A stretch of 64,000 bases of DNA, taken from positions 800,001 through 864,000 of the forward strand of contig CAWGVS010000006.1 of the NCBI GenBank assembly GCA_963826115.1, in the 5' to 3' direction. Below, one piece after another: positions 1-10,038 of the stretch. The position numbers were made by a program, and so were the translations under genes. The notes below the pieces were generated by a model that was given only the letters and a program-made list of their open reading frames with translations, ran no database searches and was not told the origin of the DNA. Position 1 is the stretch's first letter, and the number at the start of each line of letters is the position of its first letter. Source of the stretch: an uncultured Candidatus Rokubacteria bacterium. Lineage in GTDB: Bacteria; Methylomirabilota; Methylomirabilia; Rokubacteriales; DASRDR01.

Positions 1-894
1 GGGAGTCGATCTTCGTGCCGTGGCTGGAGGCGAGCGGCTACGCGGTCGACTACTGCGTCCAGGGCGACCTCGACCGCGATCCCGGAGTGGTCGAGGGGTA
101 CCGCATGCTGACCTCCGCCGGCCACGACGAGTACTGGTGCGTGGCAGGAGCGGGACGTCGTGGACGACTTCGTCGAGGCGGGCGGGAACGCGGCGTTCTT
201 CATCGGCAACGCGGCGTTCTGGCAGGTGCGCCTCGAGGACGACGGCCAGGTGATGGTCTGCTACAAGTACTTTCCCGAGTTCGATCCCGTCTACGGGACC
301 GCGCGGGAGAAGTACCTCACCGGCATGTGGTCGAACCCGCGCACCGGCCGGCCCGAGAACGAGACCTTCGGGCTCTCCTTCACGCGGGGCGGCTACCACG
401 GCCTGGGCTTCATCATGCCGAGGTCGTCCGGCGGCTACATGGTGTACCGTCCCGGCCACTGGGCCTTCGCCGGCACCCACCTCGAGTACGGCGACGTCTT
501 CGGCGGCAAGGACCGGATCGTCGGCTACGAGTGCGACGGGCTCGACTTCGTGACGCGGAACGGGCTCCCGTACCCGACCGGGCGCGACGGCGCGCCGATG
601 AGCACCGAGATCCTGGCGCTCGCGCCCGCGTCGCTCGGCGAGCGGCCCTCCGCGGAGCGCGAGGTCGTGTGGGACCAGCGCGACCTGGAGGCGGTGGTGC
701 GCCAGCTCGAGGGGCGGGTCACGCCCGCGGGGCTCGAGAAGTACCGCTACGGCACGGCCGCCGTGGTCACGTTCACCCGAGGGAAGGGGACGGTCTTCAA
801 CTGCGGCTCGACCGAGTGGTCGTACGGCCTCCAGGGCCGCGACCTGTTCGTCGAGCGCGTCACGCGGAACGTCTTCGACCGCCTGTCGGCCTAG
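1..894 (+). CDS. N,N-dimethylformamidase beta-subunit family protein, 5'-partial, one apparent frameshift at about 139
   Basis: WLEASGYAVDY...GHDEYW (frame of ORF 15) continues as DDFVEAGGNAAFFIGN..FWQVR..VGYECDG..GTVFNCGSTEW..VTRNV (ORF 160..894). Removing G139 restores HDEYWSWQERDVVDDFV. Confidence 0.75.
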
Positions 895-1057
895 CGCGCT
901 TCCGGGGGGCCGGCGGCCCCGCCGCGCCGTGCTCGTCGCGGCGGGGAATCGGGCTATCCTGGAGGCCGCGTGCTCCGGCGTCGTCCCGCCTCCCGCGTCG
1001 GGGCGGGCTCGCGCGCCGGAGCCGGAACCACACCTGTCGCCGACGGAGGAAGCCTGA

Positions 1058-2073
1058 TTGTCGACCATCCTGGTGACCGGGGCCGCCGGCTTCATCGGCT
1101 TCCACCTGGCGCGGCGCCTCCTAGCCGACGGCCATCGGGTCGTGGGCCTCGACAACCTGAACGACTACTACGATCCGGCCCTCAAGGAGGCGCGGCTTGA
1201 AGCAACTGGGGGCCGGGGCGGGTTTCTCCTTCGAGCGCCTCGAGCTGGCCGACGGGAAGGCGGTGGCGGATGCCTTCCGCCGGCACGCGCCCGCCCGCGT
1301 CGTGCACCTCGCGGCCCAGGCCGGGGTGCGCTACTCGCTCGACCAACCCGTCCGCGTACGTGGACGCCAACCTGGTCGGCTTCGCCAACGTGCTCGAGGG
1401 GTGCCGGCACCACGCGGTCGGGCACCTCGTGTTCGCCTCGTCGAGCTCGGTCTACGGCGCCAACACGCGCCTGCCCTTTTCCGTGCGGGACAACGTGGAC
1501 CACCCGCTCAGCCTGTACGCGGCGACGAAGAAGGCGAACGAGCTGATGGCCCATTCCTACGCGCACCTCTACGGCCTGCCGTGCACCGGTCTCCGGTTCT
1601 TCACCGTGTACGGACCGTGGGGGCGGCCCGACATGGCGCTCTTCCTGTTCACGCGGGCGATCCTCGAGGACCGGCCCATCGACGTGTTCAACGACGGGAA
1701 GATGCGGCGGGACTTCACGTACGTGGACGACGTCGTCGAGGGCATCGTGCGCGTGCTGGCGCGCCCCGCGTCGCCGGATCCCGCGTGGCACGGGGCGGCG
1801 CCCCAGCCCGCCAGCAGCCAGGCGCCGTACCGCGTCTACAACATCGGCAACGGACGGGCGGTCGAGCTCCTCCGCTACATCGAGGTGCTCGAGGCGTGCC
1901 TCGGGCGCAAGGCGAAGCGGAACTTCCTGCCGATGCAGCCAGGCGACGTGCCGGTCACCGAGGCCGACATCAGCGACCTCGTGCGGGAGTTCAACTACCG
2001 GCCGGAAACGACCGTGGAGGAGGGGGTCGCGCGGTTCCTCGAGTGGTACCGCGCCTACTACCGGGTCGGCTGA
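1058..2073 (+). CDS. NAD-dependent epimerase (UDP-glucuronate 4-epimerase type), split by two apparent frameshifts (about 1200 and about 1344)
   Basis: [64 protein letters not shown] and MQPGDV are spread over ORFs 1058, 1197 and 1270. Confidence 0.9.
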
Positions 2074-3131
2074 GGGCCGGGCGCCTCCCGCCCGAACCGC
2101 TGGCGGAGCCGCGCGGCGAACGGGAACGGCGCGAGCCATCGCCGGACGGCGGCGCCGTCGACCCGGCGGCGCCCCTGGATCTCCTGCCGCGTTGCCCAGA
2201 CGTGGCGAAGCAGCCGCAGCGCGCCGACGTACCCCGTGAGCGCGGCCGGGCGCGTCACCGCGTAGTCGACGAACCGGAGGGCCTCCGAGACGGCGAGGAC
2301 GCCCGCGTCGGGGAGGAGATCGGCGGCCCGGTCGTTGCGCAGGATCATGAGGTAGCGGTTCTGCAGCGAGTGGCGGGCCACGTGGACGGCGTGGCGGCGC
2401 CGGTCGCCTTGGTGACCGCGCTCGTGCTCGGCCACGGCCCCGGGGACGTAGTGGGCCCTCCAGCCCCGGAGCCGCGCGCGCCAGTCGAGGTCGACGTCCT
2501 CCAGGTAGGCGAAGAACGCCGCCTCGAAGTAGTCGCCGCCGACCCGCACGTCCTCGAGCATCGCATGCCGGTAGAGCGCGGCCGCCGCGCAGACGCCGAA
2601 CACCTCGCCCGCGGCGTCGTACTGGCCGCGGTCGACCTCGCCGGACCCCCGGTTCACCGGCACCCGGTTCCGGCAAAGCACGTGCCCCGTGGAGTCGAGC
2701 ACCGCGCCCGTCGCGGACCCGGCCGGGCGGACGAGCTTCCCGGTCACGCTCCCGATCGAGGGATCAGCGTCGGCAGCCGCCACGAGCCGCGCGACGTAGT
2801 CGGGGCGGAGGTAGACGTCCGGGTTCAGGAGCAGGACGTAGGGCGTCGCGGCCCGGCGGATGAGCTCGTTCGCGGCTCGCGCGAAGCCCACGTTCGCCGG
2901 GGAGCGCTCGACCCGGAGCCCCCGCGCCTCCACGACCGCGACCGAGCGATCGGCGGAGGCGTTGTCCCACAGGAGGACTTGGATCGGCGGGTGCGTCTGG
3001 GCGGCGAGGGCGTCGAGGCACCGCCCGACCTGGCGCTCGCTGTTGTAGGTGACGATGCACGTCGACACGCCACCGGCGCCAGTCGCCGCCGACGCCGGTT
3101 CCGGGGCAAGGGCCCGGGCCCGATCCGTCAT
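2058..3131 (-). CDS. Glycosyltransferase family 2
   Basis: [40 protein letters not shown] motifs. Confidence 0.9.
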   Translation of the reverse strand: MTDRARALAPEPASAATGAGGVSTCIVTYNSERQVGRCLDALAAQTHPPIQVLLWDNASADRSVAVVEARGLRVERSPANVGFARAANELIRRAATPYVLLLNPDVYLRPDYVARLVAAADADPSIGSVTGKLVRPAGSATGAVLDSTGHVLCRNRVPVNRGSGEVDRGQYDAAGEVFGVCAAAALYRHAMLEDVRVGGDYFEAAFFAYLEDVDLDWRARLRGWRAHYVPGAVAEHERGHQGDRRRHAVHVARHSLQNRYLMILRNDRAADLLPDAGVLAVSEALRFVDYAVTRPAALTGYVGALRLLRHVWATRQEIQGRRRVDGAAVRRWLAPFPFAARLRQRFGREAPGPQPTR

Positions 3132-3193
3132 CCCGCCACACGATAGACACGGCGACCGGAGCGGGCAAGCCCGTCCATGCGGGCCGCTCGCGC

Positions 3194-5461
3194 CTACCGC
3201 GGACCGCGGCTCAGGAGCTCGACCGTGACGCGGGCAGTGCCAGCGTTGTTCCGGTAGAAGCGGCTCCGGAGCCCGGGGAGCTCGACCACCGCGTCGTTCA
3301 CGTAGAGGAAGAGCTCGCCGGTCGTGCGGGCGCGGACGTTGCTGACGAGCCGCCGCACGGCGGCGGAGTCGTCCTCCCCGGGGGTGGCCGAGGGTCGCGG
3401 GAGGAGCGCGTACTCGTCAGTGCCCTTCCAGCCGATGCGGGCGATCGGCCGGAACCAGGGCTGGGAGAGCCACCGTCGGAACGGGAGGCCGAGCACCATC
3501 GGCGAGACGGGCGTCCCGAACCCCCGCAGGTCGTCGACGGCGATGGGGCCGTCCGACCACGGCTCCTGCGGTTCGATCGTGATGCGGTAGTTCAATCCGC
3601 CCCGGAGCCGCACGCCGGTCGCCCAGCAAGAGGCGCTCGTCCGGAAGCCCTCCCGGACCACGGGGGCGGCGGTCGTGACCGGATCGAGGGGCCCGCTGCG
3701 CGGGCAGGCGAGGCCGAGCGACGCCGTGATCACCGCGGCCGTCTGGCTGACGACCGCGGCGACCAGGAGCACGATCAAGGCCGCGAGGATCGTGGGCAAG
3801 ACGTACCGCTTCCCCACGCGGAAGATCCCGCGGTAGAGGGGATGCGTGCGGAGTCGGTAGAGTCCGTCGGCCGGCGGCCGGGCTTCGACGGGGGCGGCCA
3901 GCCAGAGGCTCCGCATGTGGTCGCTGATCCGGCCCTCGAGCCGCTTCCCCGCGACCATCAGGCCGACGACGATGGAACCCCATAGCGCGAACGTCCCCGG
4001 ATTCACCGCGAAGCCCTCGATCCAGTCGTGGGCCGCCGCGGGCGCGAGGCTTCCGGCGGTCCGGATCGGCCAGGCGAGGAAGCTCCACTCGCTGGCCGGG
4101 CCGGACTCGCTGCCGTGGATCCAGGGGAGCAGGACGAGGTACGCCGACGCGACCACGGTCCCGAAGTAGGTGACGCGGCGGCCCCACACGAGGTTCCAGA
4201 CCCGCTCCTGCAGCCGGACGCGCGCGGCGGCCTGCGCGGGCGTCTCGTAGGGGTTGTCCTTCCCCCGGAGGATGTCGCCTGCGGCCGTGACCACCGCGTA
4301 CTCGGCGGGCAGGCCGACCGGGGCGTAACCGCGCGCGCCGCGGCGGAGCCGCTTGAACATGCTCTCGTGGATCTTGGGCACGGCGATCTCGACCTCGTCG
4401 TGCGGGGCGCTCGAGAACTGCTCGTGGGTGAGCTCCGCGAGCTTCCGGGGGCAGTAGCGGTAGTACGCCCCCATCCCGTAGCGCGAGTCGTAGAGGCGCC
4501 CGTCCTCGTCGGACGCGAGGCGCGCCTCCTCGATGGCGCCCTTCTTGAACTCGAGGCCGGCCTTCTCCGCCTCGGTCATCATCCAGTGGAGCGACACCTG
4601 GGCCAGGGCGTCGTCGGGATAGCCGCCGCCGACGTTCGAGTGGACGCCCGTGAACCACACCTGGCCGATCCGCTCGTCGCGGATGTTGGCGGCCATGGGC
4701 GGCTCGTCCTTCTCCGTCCACAGCACCGGGAAGAAGGTCGTCCGCTCGTCGTCGAGCGCGAGGGCGTGACGGGCGCGCTTGACCTTCGCGCTGAGCTTGC
4801 GGTCGGGGAGCGACAGGGGCCAGAGCCAGAGACTCACACCGCGTGTCATCTCCTCGATCGGCGCGCCGTAGGCCGCCACCGTGTCCCAGAGCCCAATGAA
4901 CTCGATGCTCGGGACGTCGCGGTTGTTCTTCGGGTCGTACCGGGGCCGCCTGAACAGCCAGTTCCAGCCGTCGAGGAGCAGGTTGCGAAGCACGCGGAGG
5001 AGCTCGACCAGCGGCGCGAGCACCGTGGTGTACCGGCGCCGGTACTCGCGGTAGGCCGCGGCCGCGTCCCGCTGGAGCTCTTCCTCGGAGGTCACCGGCG
5101 CCAGGCCCTGACGTGCGATCAGCCCCATCAGGACCCGGATGGTGAACGCGCCGCGGCTGAACCCGAAGGCGTAGATCTCGGCGCCGTCCTGCCAGTTCCG
5201 GCACGCGAAGCGGTAGAGGTCGAGGACGTTGCGCTTGAGCCCCCAGCCGAACGCGCCGCCGAGGATGGCGAGAGGCTTGAAGGTGGACGTGCCCACGCCG
5301 TCGTCGTACAGGGCGACCTGGCGGCTGTTCGACAGGTCGAGGGCCTGGTAGAGGCGCCAGACGTTGGTGCGCCAGACCTTCGCCGCGCTGTTCCCGGTCC
5401 CGTCGGACAGGAGGATGATCCGCTTGGTCTTCCGGGCGTGGTCGACGCCGTCGACCGTCAT
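3194..5461 (-). CDS. DUF2235 (Tle1-like alpha/beta hydrolase) domain protein with C-terminal membrane segments
   Basis: DGTGN, TNV, YDDGVGT, FGFSRGA, GLWDTV, HALALDDER, WFTGVHSNVGGGY. Hydrophobic helices lie in the C-terminal third. GGGAGG RBS precedes ATG 5461. Confidence 0.85.
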   Translation of the reverse strand: MTVDGVDHARKTKRIILLSDGTGNSAAKVWRTNVWRLYQALDLSNSRQVALYDDGVGTSTFKPLAILGGAFGWGLKRNVLDLYRFACRNWQDGAEIYAFGFSRGAFTIRVLMGLIARQGLAPVTSEEELQRDAAAAYREYRRRYTTVLAPLVELLRVLRNLLLDGWNWLFRRPRYDPKNNRDVPSIEFIGLWDTVAAYGAPIEEMTRGVSLWLWPLSLPDRKLSAKVKRARHALALDDERTTFFPVLWTEKDEPPMAANIRDERIGQVWFTGVHSNVGGGYPDDALAQVSLHWMMTEAEKAGLEFKKGAIEEARLASDEDGRLYDSRYGMGAYYRYCPRKLAELTHEQFSSAPHDEVEIAVPKIHESMFKRLRRGARGYAPVGLPAEYAVVTAAGDILRGKDNPYETPAQAAARVRLQERVWNLVWGRRVTYFGTVVASAYLVLLPWIHGSESGPASEWSFLAWPIRTAGSLAPAAAHDWIEGFAVNPGTFALWGSIVVGLMVAGKRLEGRISDHMRSLWLAAPVEARPPADGLYRLRTHPLYRGIFRVGKRYVLPTILAALIVLLVAAVVSQTAAVITASLGLACPRSGPLDPVTTAAPVVREGFRTSASCWATGVRLRGGLNYRITIEPQEPWSDGPIAVDDLRGFGTPVSPMVLGLPFRRWLSQPWFRPIARIGWKGTDEYALLPRPSATPGEDDSAAVRRLVSNVRARTTGELFLYVNDAVVELPGLRSRFYRNNAGTARVTVELLSRGPR

Positions 5462-5710
5462 GGGGGCCTCCCGTGGGCGAGCGTCCGGGCGTACTGGGGC
5501 CGCGGGGTCCATCGCTCGGCCCCCGGAGGGAGCGAAATTCGCGCCAGGCGTCGCGCGGGGGCAGGCGCCCGTGGATTCGGCAAGAACGGCGCGCACCTCC
5601 GGCCCCTGCGACGGTCACGGAGCCCGCGCGAGGGGTGCACTGCGGACAGGGCAGGGGCGAAGGCGGCGGTCGACGGCGCGGCTCAAAACGTCGAAGAATC
5701 GAGGAGTTCC

Positions 5711-5759
5711 GTGGACTGCACAGTGGACTGTGCACCCTGCACTGTGGACTGTGCAGCAC
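5711..5759. repeat. Degenerate heptamer tandem repeat, consensus G(G/C)ACTGT
   Basis: ggactgt-gcaccct-gcactgt-ggactgt-gcagcac at 5725-5759, plus an upstream copy gtggactg at 5711. Confidence 0.55.
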
Positions 5760-5764
5760 CGCCG

Positions 5765-5863
5765 GCCAAGCTCCGGGGGTCAGGCCTCACCTTTGACAGT
5801 CGATCGGCAGCCCCCGGGGATGTCCCCCGAGGTCAAACTCCCAGGCCTGACCCCCACCTTGGC
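5765..5863. repeat. REP/REPIN-like long inverted repeat
   Basis: GGGGGTCAGGCCT (5775-5787) pairs perfectly with AGGCCTGACCCCC (5843-5855). Inner TTTGAC (5792-5797) pairs with GTCAAA (5832-5837). Outer GCCAAG (5765-5770) pairs with CTTGGC (5858-5863). Confidence 0.7.
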
Positions 5864-8800
5864 TTCGCTCGAGGCAGGCGCTCAGGACCTCGGCGGTGTC
5901 CCGGGCGTGCGTCCGGATGTAGGACGCGTGATCGCCGGGGACGACGTGGACGCGCAGGCCCCCGCGCGCAAGCGCGTCCCACCCGAGGGTGGCGCTCTTC
6001 CGATGCCACCGCTCGCTCACCACGACGTCGAGCGGCCCGCCGTAGGGCCCCGGGCGGTACGCGGCGATCGCGGCGAGATGCCGCCGGACCGCCGCTCGCC
6101 GCCGGAACAAGCTCTCTGAGTGCGGCGTGAGGAGCGGCATCCCGGCCGCCACCCCCCGCACCCTTGCCGCCGCGCGCCGGACACCGTCGATCGTCCACGC
6201 GAGGGACCCGATTCTCGGAGGAGCGGCGTACTCGCTGACCGTGTCGAGGAGGGCCAGGAGCGCGACCTCCTCGCCGCGCGCGCGAAGCTGCTGCGCCATC
6301 TCGAAGGCGATCATCCCCCCGATGCACTCGCCGCCCAGGAGGTAGGGCCCGGCGGGCTGGAGCCGCGTGACGTCCTGAACGAGCCGGCGAGCCAGCTCCT
6401 CGACCCCTCCGGTGCCGAGGTCGCGCATCAGCACGCCGTAGAGGGGCTGGTCGACCCCCAGGTGTGGCGCGAGGTTCGCGTACACGAGAAGCTCGCTCTC
6501 CGCGCCGGCGCCGCCGGCCACCAGGAAGAACGGCCGCTTCGAGCCGTCCCGCCGGAGGGCGACCAGGGATGAAGCACCCTCCGGGCCGGTGGTGGCCCGA
6601 ATCGGGGCCGGCGGCGACGCCGCGCGTGCCTCCCGCCCTTCCCGCACCCGCTCCGCGATGCCGGCGACGGTGGGCGCCTCGATGAGCCAGCGCGCCGGCG
6701 CCTCCAGCTCGAAGGCCGCCTCCACCTGCATCATCAGCTGGACTCCGCGGAGCGAATCGCCGCCGGCGTCGAAGAAGTTCGCGTCGACGCTGACCGACTC
6801 GACGTCCAGGACCTCGGCCCAGATCCGGGCGACGACCTCCTCGACCGCATCGCGCGGCGGGACGACGTCGTCCACGCGCGCCTGCGCTTCCGGGCCGGGC
6901 GGGGGAAGTCGCCGCTCGTCGATCTTCCCGCTGCTCGTGTGCGGCAGCGCGTCCACCCGGACGAACGCGGCCGGGACCATGAAGCCGGGCAGCGCCCCAC
7001 GGCACAGGCGGCGCAGGTCGGTCGAGGGAATGGCCGCGTCGGAGACGAAGTAGGCGACGAGCCGCGGCTCGACGCGACCTCCCGCGCCACCGGCCTCGCC
7101 GGGGCGCGCCACGACCGCGCATTCGCGCACGCCCGGGTACCGGCCCAGGACGGCCTCCACCTCGCCGAGCTCGACGCGGTTGCCGCGGATCTTGATCTGG
7201 CGATCGATCCGGCCGAGGCACTCGATCGTCCCGTCCGGCGCGAACCGGCCGAGGTCGCCGGTTCGAAACAGGCGCGCCCCGGCGTCGAAGGGGCTCGGGA
7301 CGAACCGCTCGGCCGTCAGCTCGGGCCGATTGAGATACCCGCGCGCCACGCCGGCGCCGCCGACGTACAGCTCGCCGGGCACGCCGACCGGGACGGGCCG
7401 TCGCGCCGGGTCCAGGATGTACACCTCGGTGTTGGCGTGGGGAGCGCCGATGGGGACCGTGCGCGCCGCGGTTCCGGCCGGGCACCGCCAGTGCGTGACG
7501 CTGATGCACGTCTCGGTCTGCCCGTACACGTTGTAGAGCGCCGCGGACGACCGCGCGAGGAACCGGTCGGCCAGCGCGGGTGTCAGCGGCTCGCCCCAGG
7601 CGAAGACGTGCCGGAGCGCCGCGCAGCTCTCGATGCCGCCCGCGTCGAGCAGGATCTCCAGCATCGTGGGCGAGGCCGCGACGAAGGTCACCTTTGCGGC
7701 CCGCATGAGCCGGACGAGGTAGCGGCCGTCGCTGCGGCTGTCCGAGCGGGCGATCACCGCGCGCCCGCCGGCGACCCACGGCTCGAGGAGCGCCCAGACC
7801 GAGGCGTCGTACGCCCACGACGCGTTCTGGAGGTAGCACTCCGATTCATCGACGCCGAACGTCCGCGCGCCCCAGAGCAGCCGGCTGCACAGGCTCCGGT
7901 GCGTGAGCATGACGCCCTTCGGCGCGCCGGTGGCGCCCGAGGTGTAGACGACGTAGGCGAGGTGATCGGGCGCGAGCGTGTGCGCCGGGTTACCCGACTC
8001 GTGACGCGAGATGGCTGCCCAGTCGCGATCGACGCAGAGGACATCGGCCTCGTGCTCCGGCAGGGCGCCGAGCAGGCGGCCCTCGGTCAGGAGATGTCGC
8101 ACGTCGGCGTCGCGCAGCATGAAGGCCGTCCGCTCGCGGGGATAGGCGGCGTCGAGCGGTACGTGCGCGCCGCCGGCCTTCAGGACGCCCAGCACGGCCA
8201 CCGCGACGTCGAGCGAGGACTCCATGAGCACGCCGACCCGGGTCTCCGGGCCCACCCCTCGCGCGCGCAGCGCCCGCGCGAGCTGGTTCGCGCGCGCGTT
8301 GAGCTCCGCGTAGGTGAGGGTCTGCCCCTCGTAGACGGCGGCCACCGCGGCCGGCGTCCGCTCCGCCCGCGCCTCGAAGAGGGCCGGGTAGGTGAGCCGC
8401 TCCGGCAGGGGCAGGCGCGCCGAGTTCAGGCCGACCAGGAGTCGGCGCTCCTCGTCGGCCGAGAGGAGGCGGATGTCGGCGACGCCCTGTCGCGGATCCT
8501 CGAGCGCGGCGTCCAGGACGCGGAAGAACTGGCTCACGACCAGCTCCCGGCGCTCCGGCGGGAACACGTCCGCGTGGAGGTCGAAGTCGACGGTGAGCAC
8601 GCCGGCTTGCGGCATGTCGTGCACGTGGAGGCCGAGGCTCTCCAGCTGGTGACCGGAGGGGAGGAGCACCGCCCGGGCCGGGGCGCCGCCGATCGAGGCG
8701 TCCAGCGGCGTGTGAAAGTTGAGGACGGCGTCGTAGAGGGGCCGGTGGCCCGATGTCGGAATGGTGTACTCGGCGTGTCGCCAGGATGCCATGGCGTCCC

Positions 8801-9788
8801 GCGCGATTCGCGCGAGGAGCGACAGGAACGTGTCGTCCGCGTCGATCCGCACGGGCAGCGGCACCACCTGCATCAGGAGCCCGAGCGTGTCGCGCTGGAC
8901 ACGCGTCCGGCGATTGTGGACCGGAACCCCGATGCAGAACCGGCGGGCGCCGCCGATGCGGTGGAGGAGCGCGGCCAGCACCGCGACGAGGATCGCGAAC
9001 ATGGTCGTCCGGGGAAAGGCGAGGCCGGCCCCGGCCGCCAGCGCGTCGAGCCGGCCCATCTGCGCCGGCGTGAGCGTTCGCGTGATGCGCAGGGACGCGG
9101 TCGTCGTCTTGCGGGGCGTCTCTCCGTAGAGGAGGAGCGGCTCCGCGTCCGCCGGGAGCCGCTCCGTCCAGAACGCCTGCGCGCGCTCGGCGTCGGGCGA
9201 GTGCCGGTATTCGAGCGCGTCGCGCACGTAGTCCTGAAATCGGGGCAGCGAGAGCCGCGCGGGCAGCGTGCCGGCCAGGGACTCTCCGTAGCATCGACCC
9301 ATGAGATGCGCCATGAGAAACGCCGAGGCCCCGTCGAAGACGGCGTGCTGGACGTGGACGAACCACGCGAACCGGGCCTCGCCCGTCCGGATCAGGGCGG
9401 TGTCGTACGGACAGTCCGCCAGGTCGAGCGGCAGGCCGGCGCGCGCGCGAACCCAGGCGGCCGCCGCTCCCTCGGGGTCCGGCGCGTGGGACAGGTCGAC
9501 GTAGTCGAGGGGCCGGCGCATCGACTCGAGGACCCGCTGGCGGGGCGTACCGTGGACCGTCTCTATCACCGTGCGGAGCGCGTCGCTCGAATCGACCAGC
9601 GCCTGGAAGGCCCGCCGGAAGTGCTCGACCTCGATGGGCGCGGCGAGCGTGAAGACGGTGGCCAGATGGTGCAGCGGCACCCCGGGATAGAGCTCGCTGG
9701 CCAGCCACATCGCGAGCTGGTGCGGGGTCAGGTTGGAGCGCCGGGCCAGCTCGCGCGCCGGGTCAGGTCTGTCGAGCGGATGCGTCAT
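5787..9788 (-). CDS. Single-module NRPS, C-A-T-TE
   Basis: C: QHAVFDG. A: LTYAEL, YTSGATGAPKG, YGQTE, GELYVGG.GVARGY, FRTGD, KIRGNRVELGEVE, SGK. T: FFDAGGDSL. TE: GPYLLGGECIGG, LLD, GDH. Confidence 0.95.
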   Translation of the reverse strand: MTHPLDRPDPARELARRSNLTPHQLAMWLASELYPGVPLHHLATVFTLAAPIEVEHFRRAFQALVDSSDALRTVIETVHGTPRQRVLESMRRPLDYVDLSHAPDPEGAAAAWVRARAGLPLDLADCPYDTALIRTGEARFAWFVHVQHAVFDGASAFLMAHLMGRCYGESLAGTLPARLSLPRFQDYVRDALEYRHSPDAERAQAFWTERLPADAEPLLLYGETPRKTTTASLRITRTLTPAQMGRLDALAAGAGLAFPRTTMFAILVAVLAALLHRIGGARRFCIGVPVHNRRTRVQRDTLGLLMQVVPLPVRIDADDTFLSLLARIARDAMASWRHAEYTIPTSGHRPLYDAVLNFHTPLDASIGGAPARAVLLPSGHQLESLGLHVHDMPQAGVLTVDFDLHADVFPPERRELVVSQFFRVLDAALEDPRQGVADIRLLSADEERRLLVGLNSARLPLPERLTYPALFEARAERTPAAVAAVYEGQTLTYAELNARANQLARALRARGVGPETRVGVLMESSLDVAVAVLGVLKAGGAHVPLDAAYPRERTAFMLRDADVRHLLTEGRLLGALPEHEADVLCVDRDWAAISRHESGNPAHTLAPDHLAYVVYTSGATGAPKGVMLTHRSLCSRLLWGARTFGVDESECYLQNASWAYDASVWALLEPWVAGGRAVIARSDSRSDGRYLVRLMRAAKVTFVAASPTMLEILLDAGGIESCAALRHVFAWGEPLTPALADRFLARSSAALYNVYGQTETCISVTHWRCPAGTAARTVPIGAPHANTEVYILDPARRPVPVGVPGELYVGGAGVARGYLNRPELTAERFVPSPFDAGARLFRTGDLGRFAPDGTIECLGRIDRQIKIRGNRVELGEVEAVLGRYPGVRECAVVARPGEAGGAGGRVEPRLVAYFVSDAAIPSTDLRRLCRGALPGFMVPAAFVRVDALPHTSSGKIDERRLPPPGPEAQARVDDVVPPRDAVEEVVARIWAEVLDVESVSVDANFFDAGGDSLRGVQLMMQVEAAFELEAPARWLIEAPTVAGIAERVREGREARAASPPAPIRATTGPEGASSLVALRRDGSKRPFFLVAGGAGAESELLVYANLAPHLGVDQPLYGVLMRDLGTGGVEELARRLVQDVTRLQPAGPYLLGGECIGGMIAFEMAQQLRARGEEVALLALLDTVSEYAAPPRIGSLAWTIDGVRRAAARVRGVAAGMPLLTPHSESLFRRRAAVRRHLAAIAAYRPGPYGGPLDVVVSERWHRKSATLGWDALARGGLRVHVVPGDHASYIRTHARDTAEVLSACLERSQGGGQAWEFDLGGHPRGLPIDCQR

Positions 9789-10030
9789 CGTCGCGTCGCC
9801 CGCTCGAGGAGCCTGCGGATCCTTCCGAGGGTCTCGAAGTTCTCCGGGACGACGTCCTCGTCGCGCAGCACGACACGGAGCTCTCGCTCGAGGAGGGCCA
9901 CCAGCTCGACGATGCCGAACGAGTCGAGCCAGCCGCTCTCCACGAGCGACGTCGACTCGTCGACGCGGGGCGTGCCGCGCGGGGCGAACCGCTCCAGGAT
10001 GACGGCGGACAGGTCGAGCGGGACCGCCAC
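9785..10030 (-). CDS. Stand-alone acyl carrier protein
   Basis: LVESGWLDSFGIVELV...PENFETL carries the phosphopantetheine Ser in LDS. Its stop overlaps the NRPS start by 4 nt. Start placed at GTG 10030. Confidence 0.9.
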   Translation of the reverse strand: MAVPLDLSAVILERFAPRGTPRVDESTSLVESGWLDSFGIVELVALLERELRVVLRDEDVVPENFETLGRIRRLLERATRR

Positions 10031-10038
10031 CTGGCCGC

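Noticed and set aside
3194-5461. Type VI secretion effector locus
   Set aside because: No VgrG, PAAR, adaptor or immunity gene is adjacent.
5711-5863. CRISPR array
   Set aside because: The repeats are heptamers and one inverted repeat, with no repeat-spacer periodicity and no cas genes.
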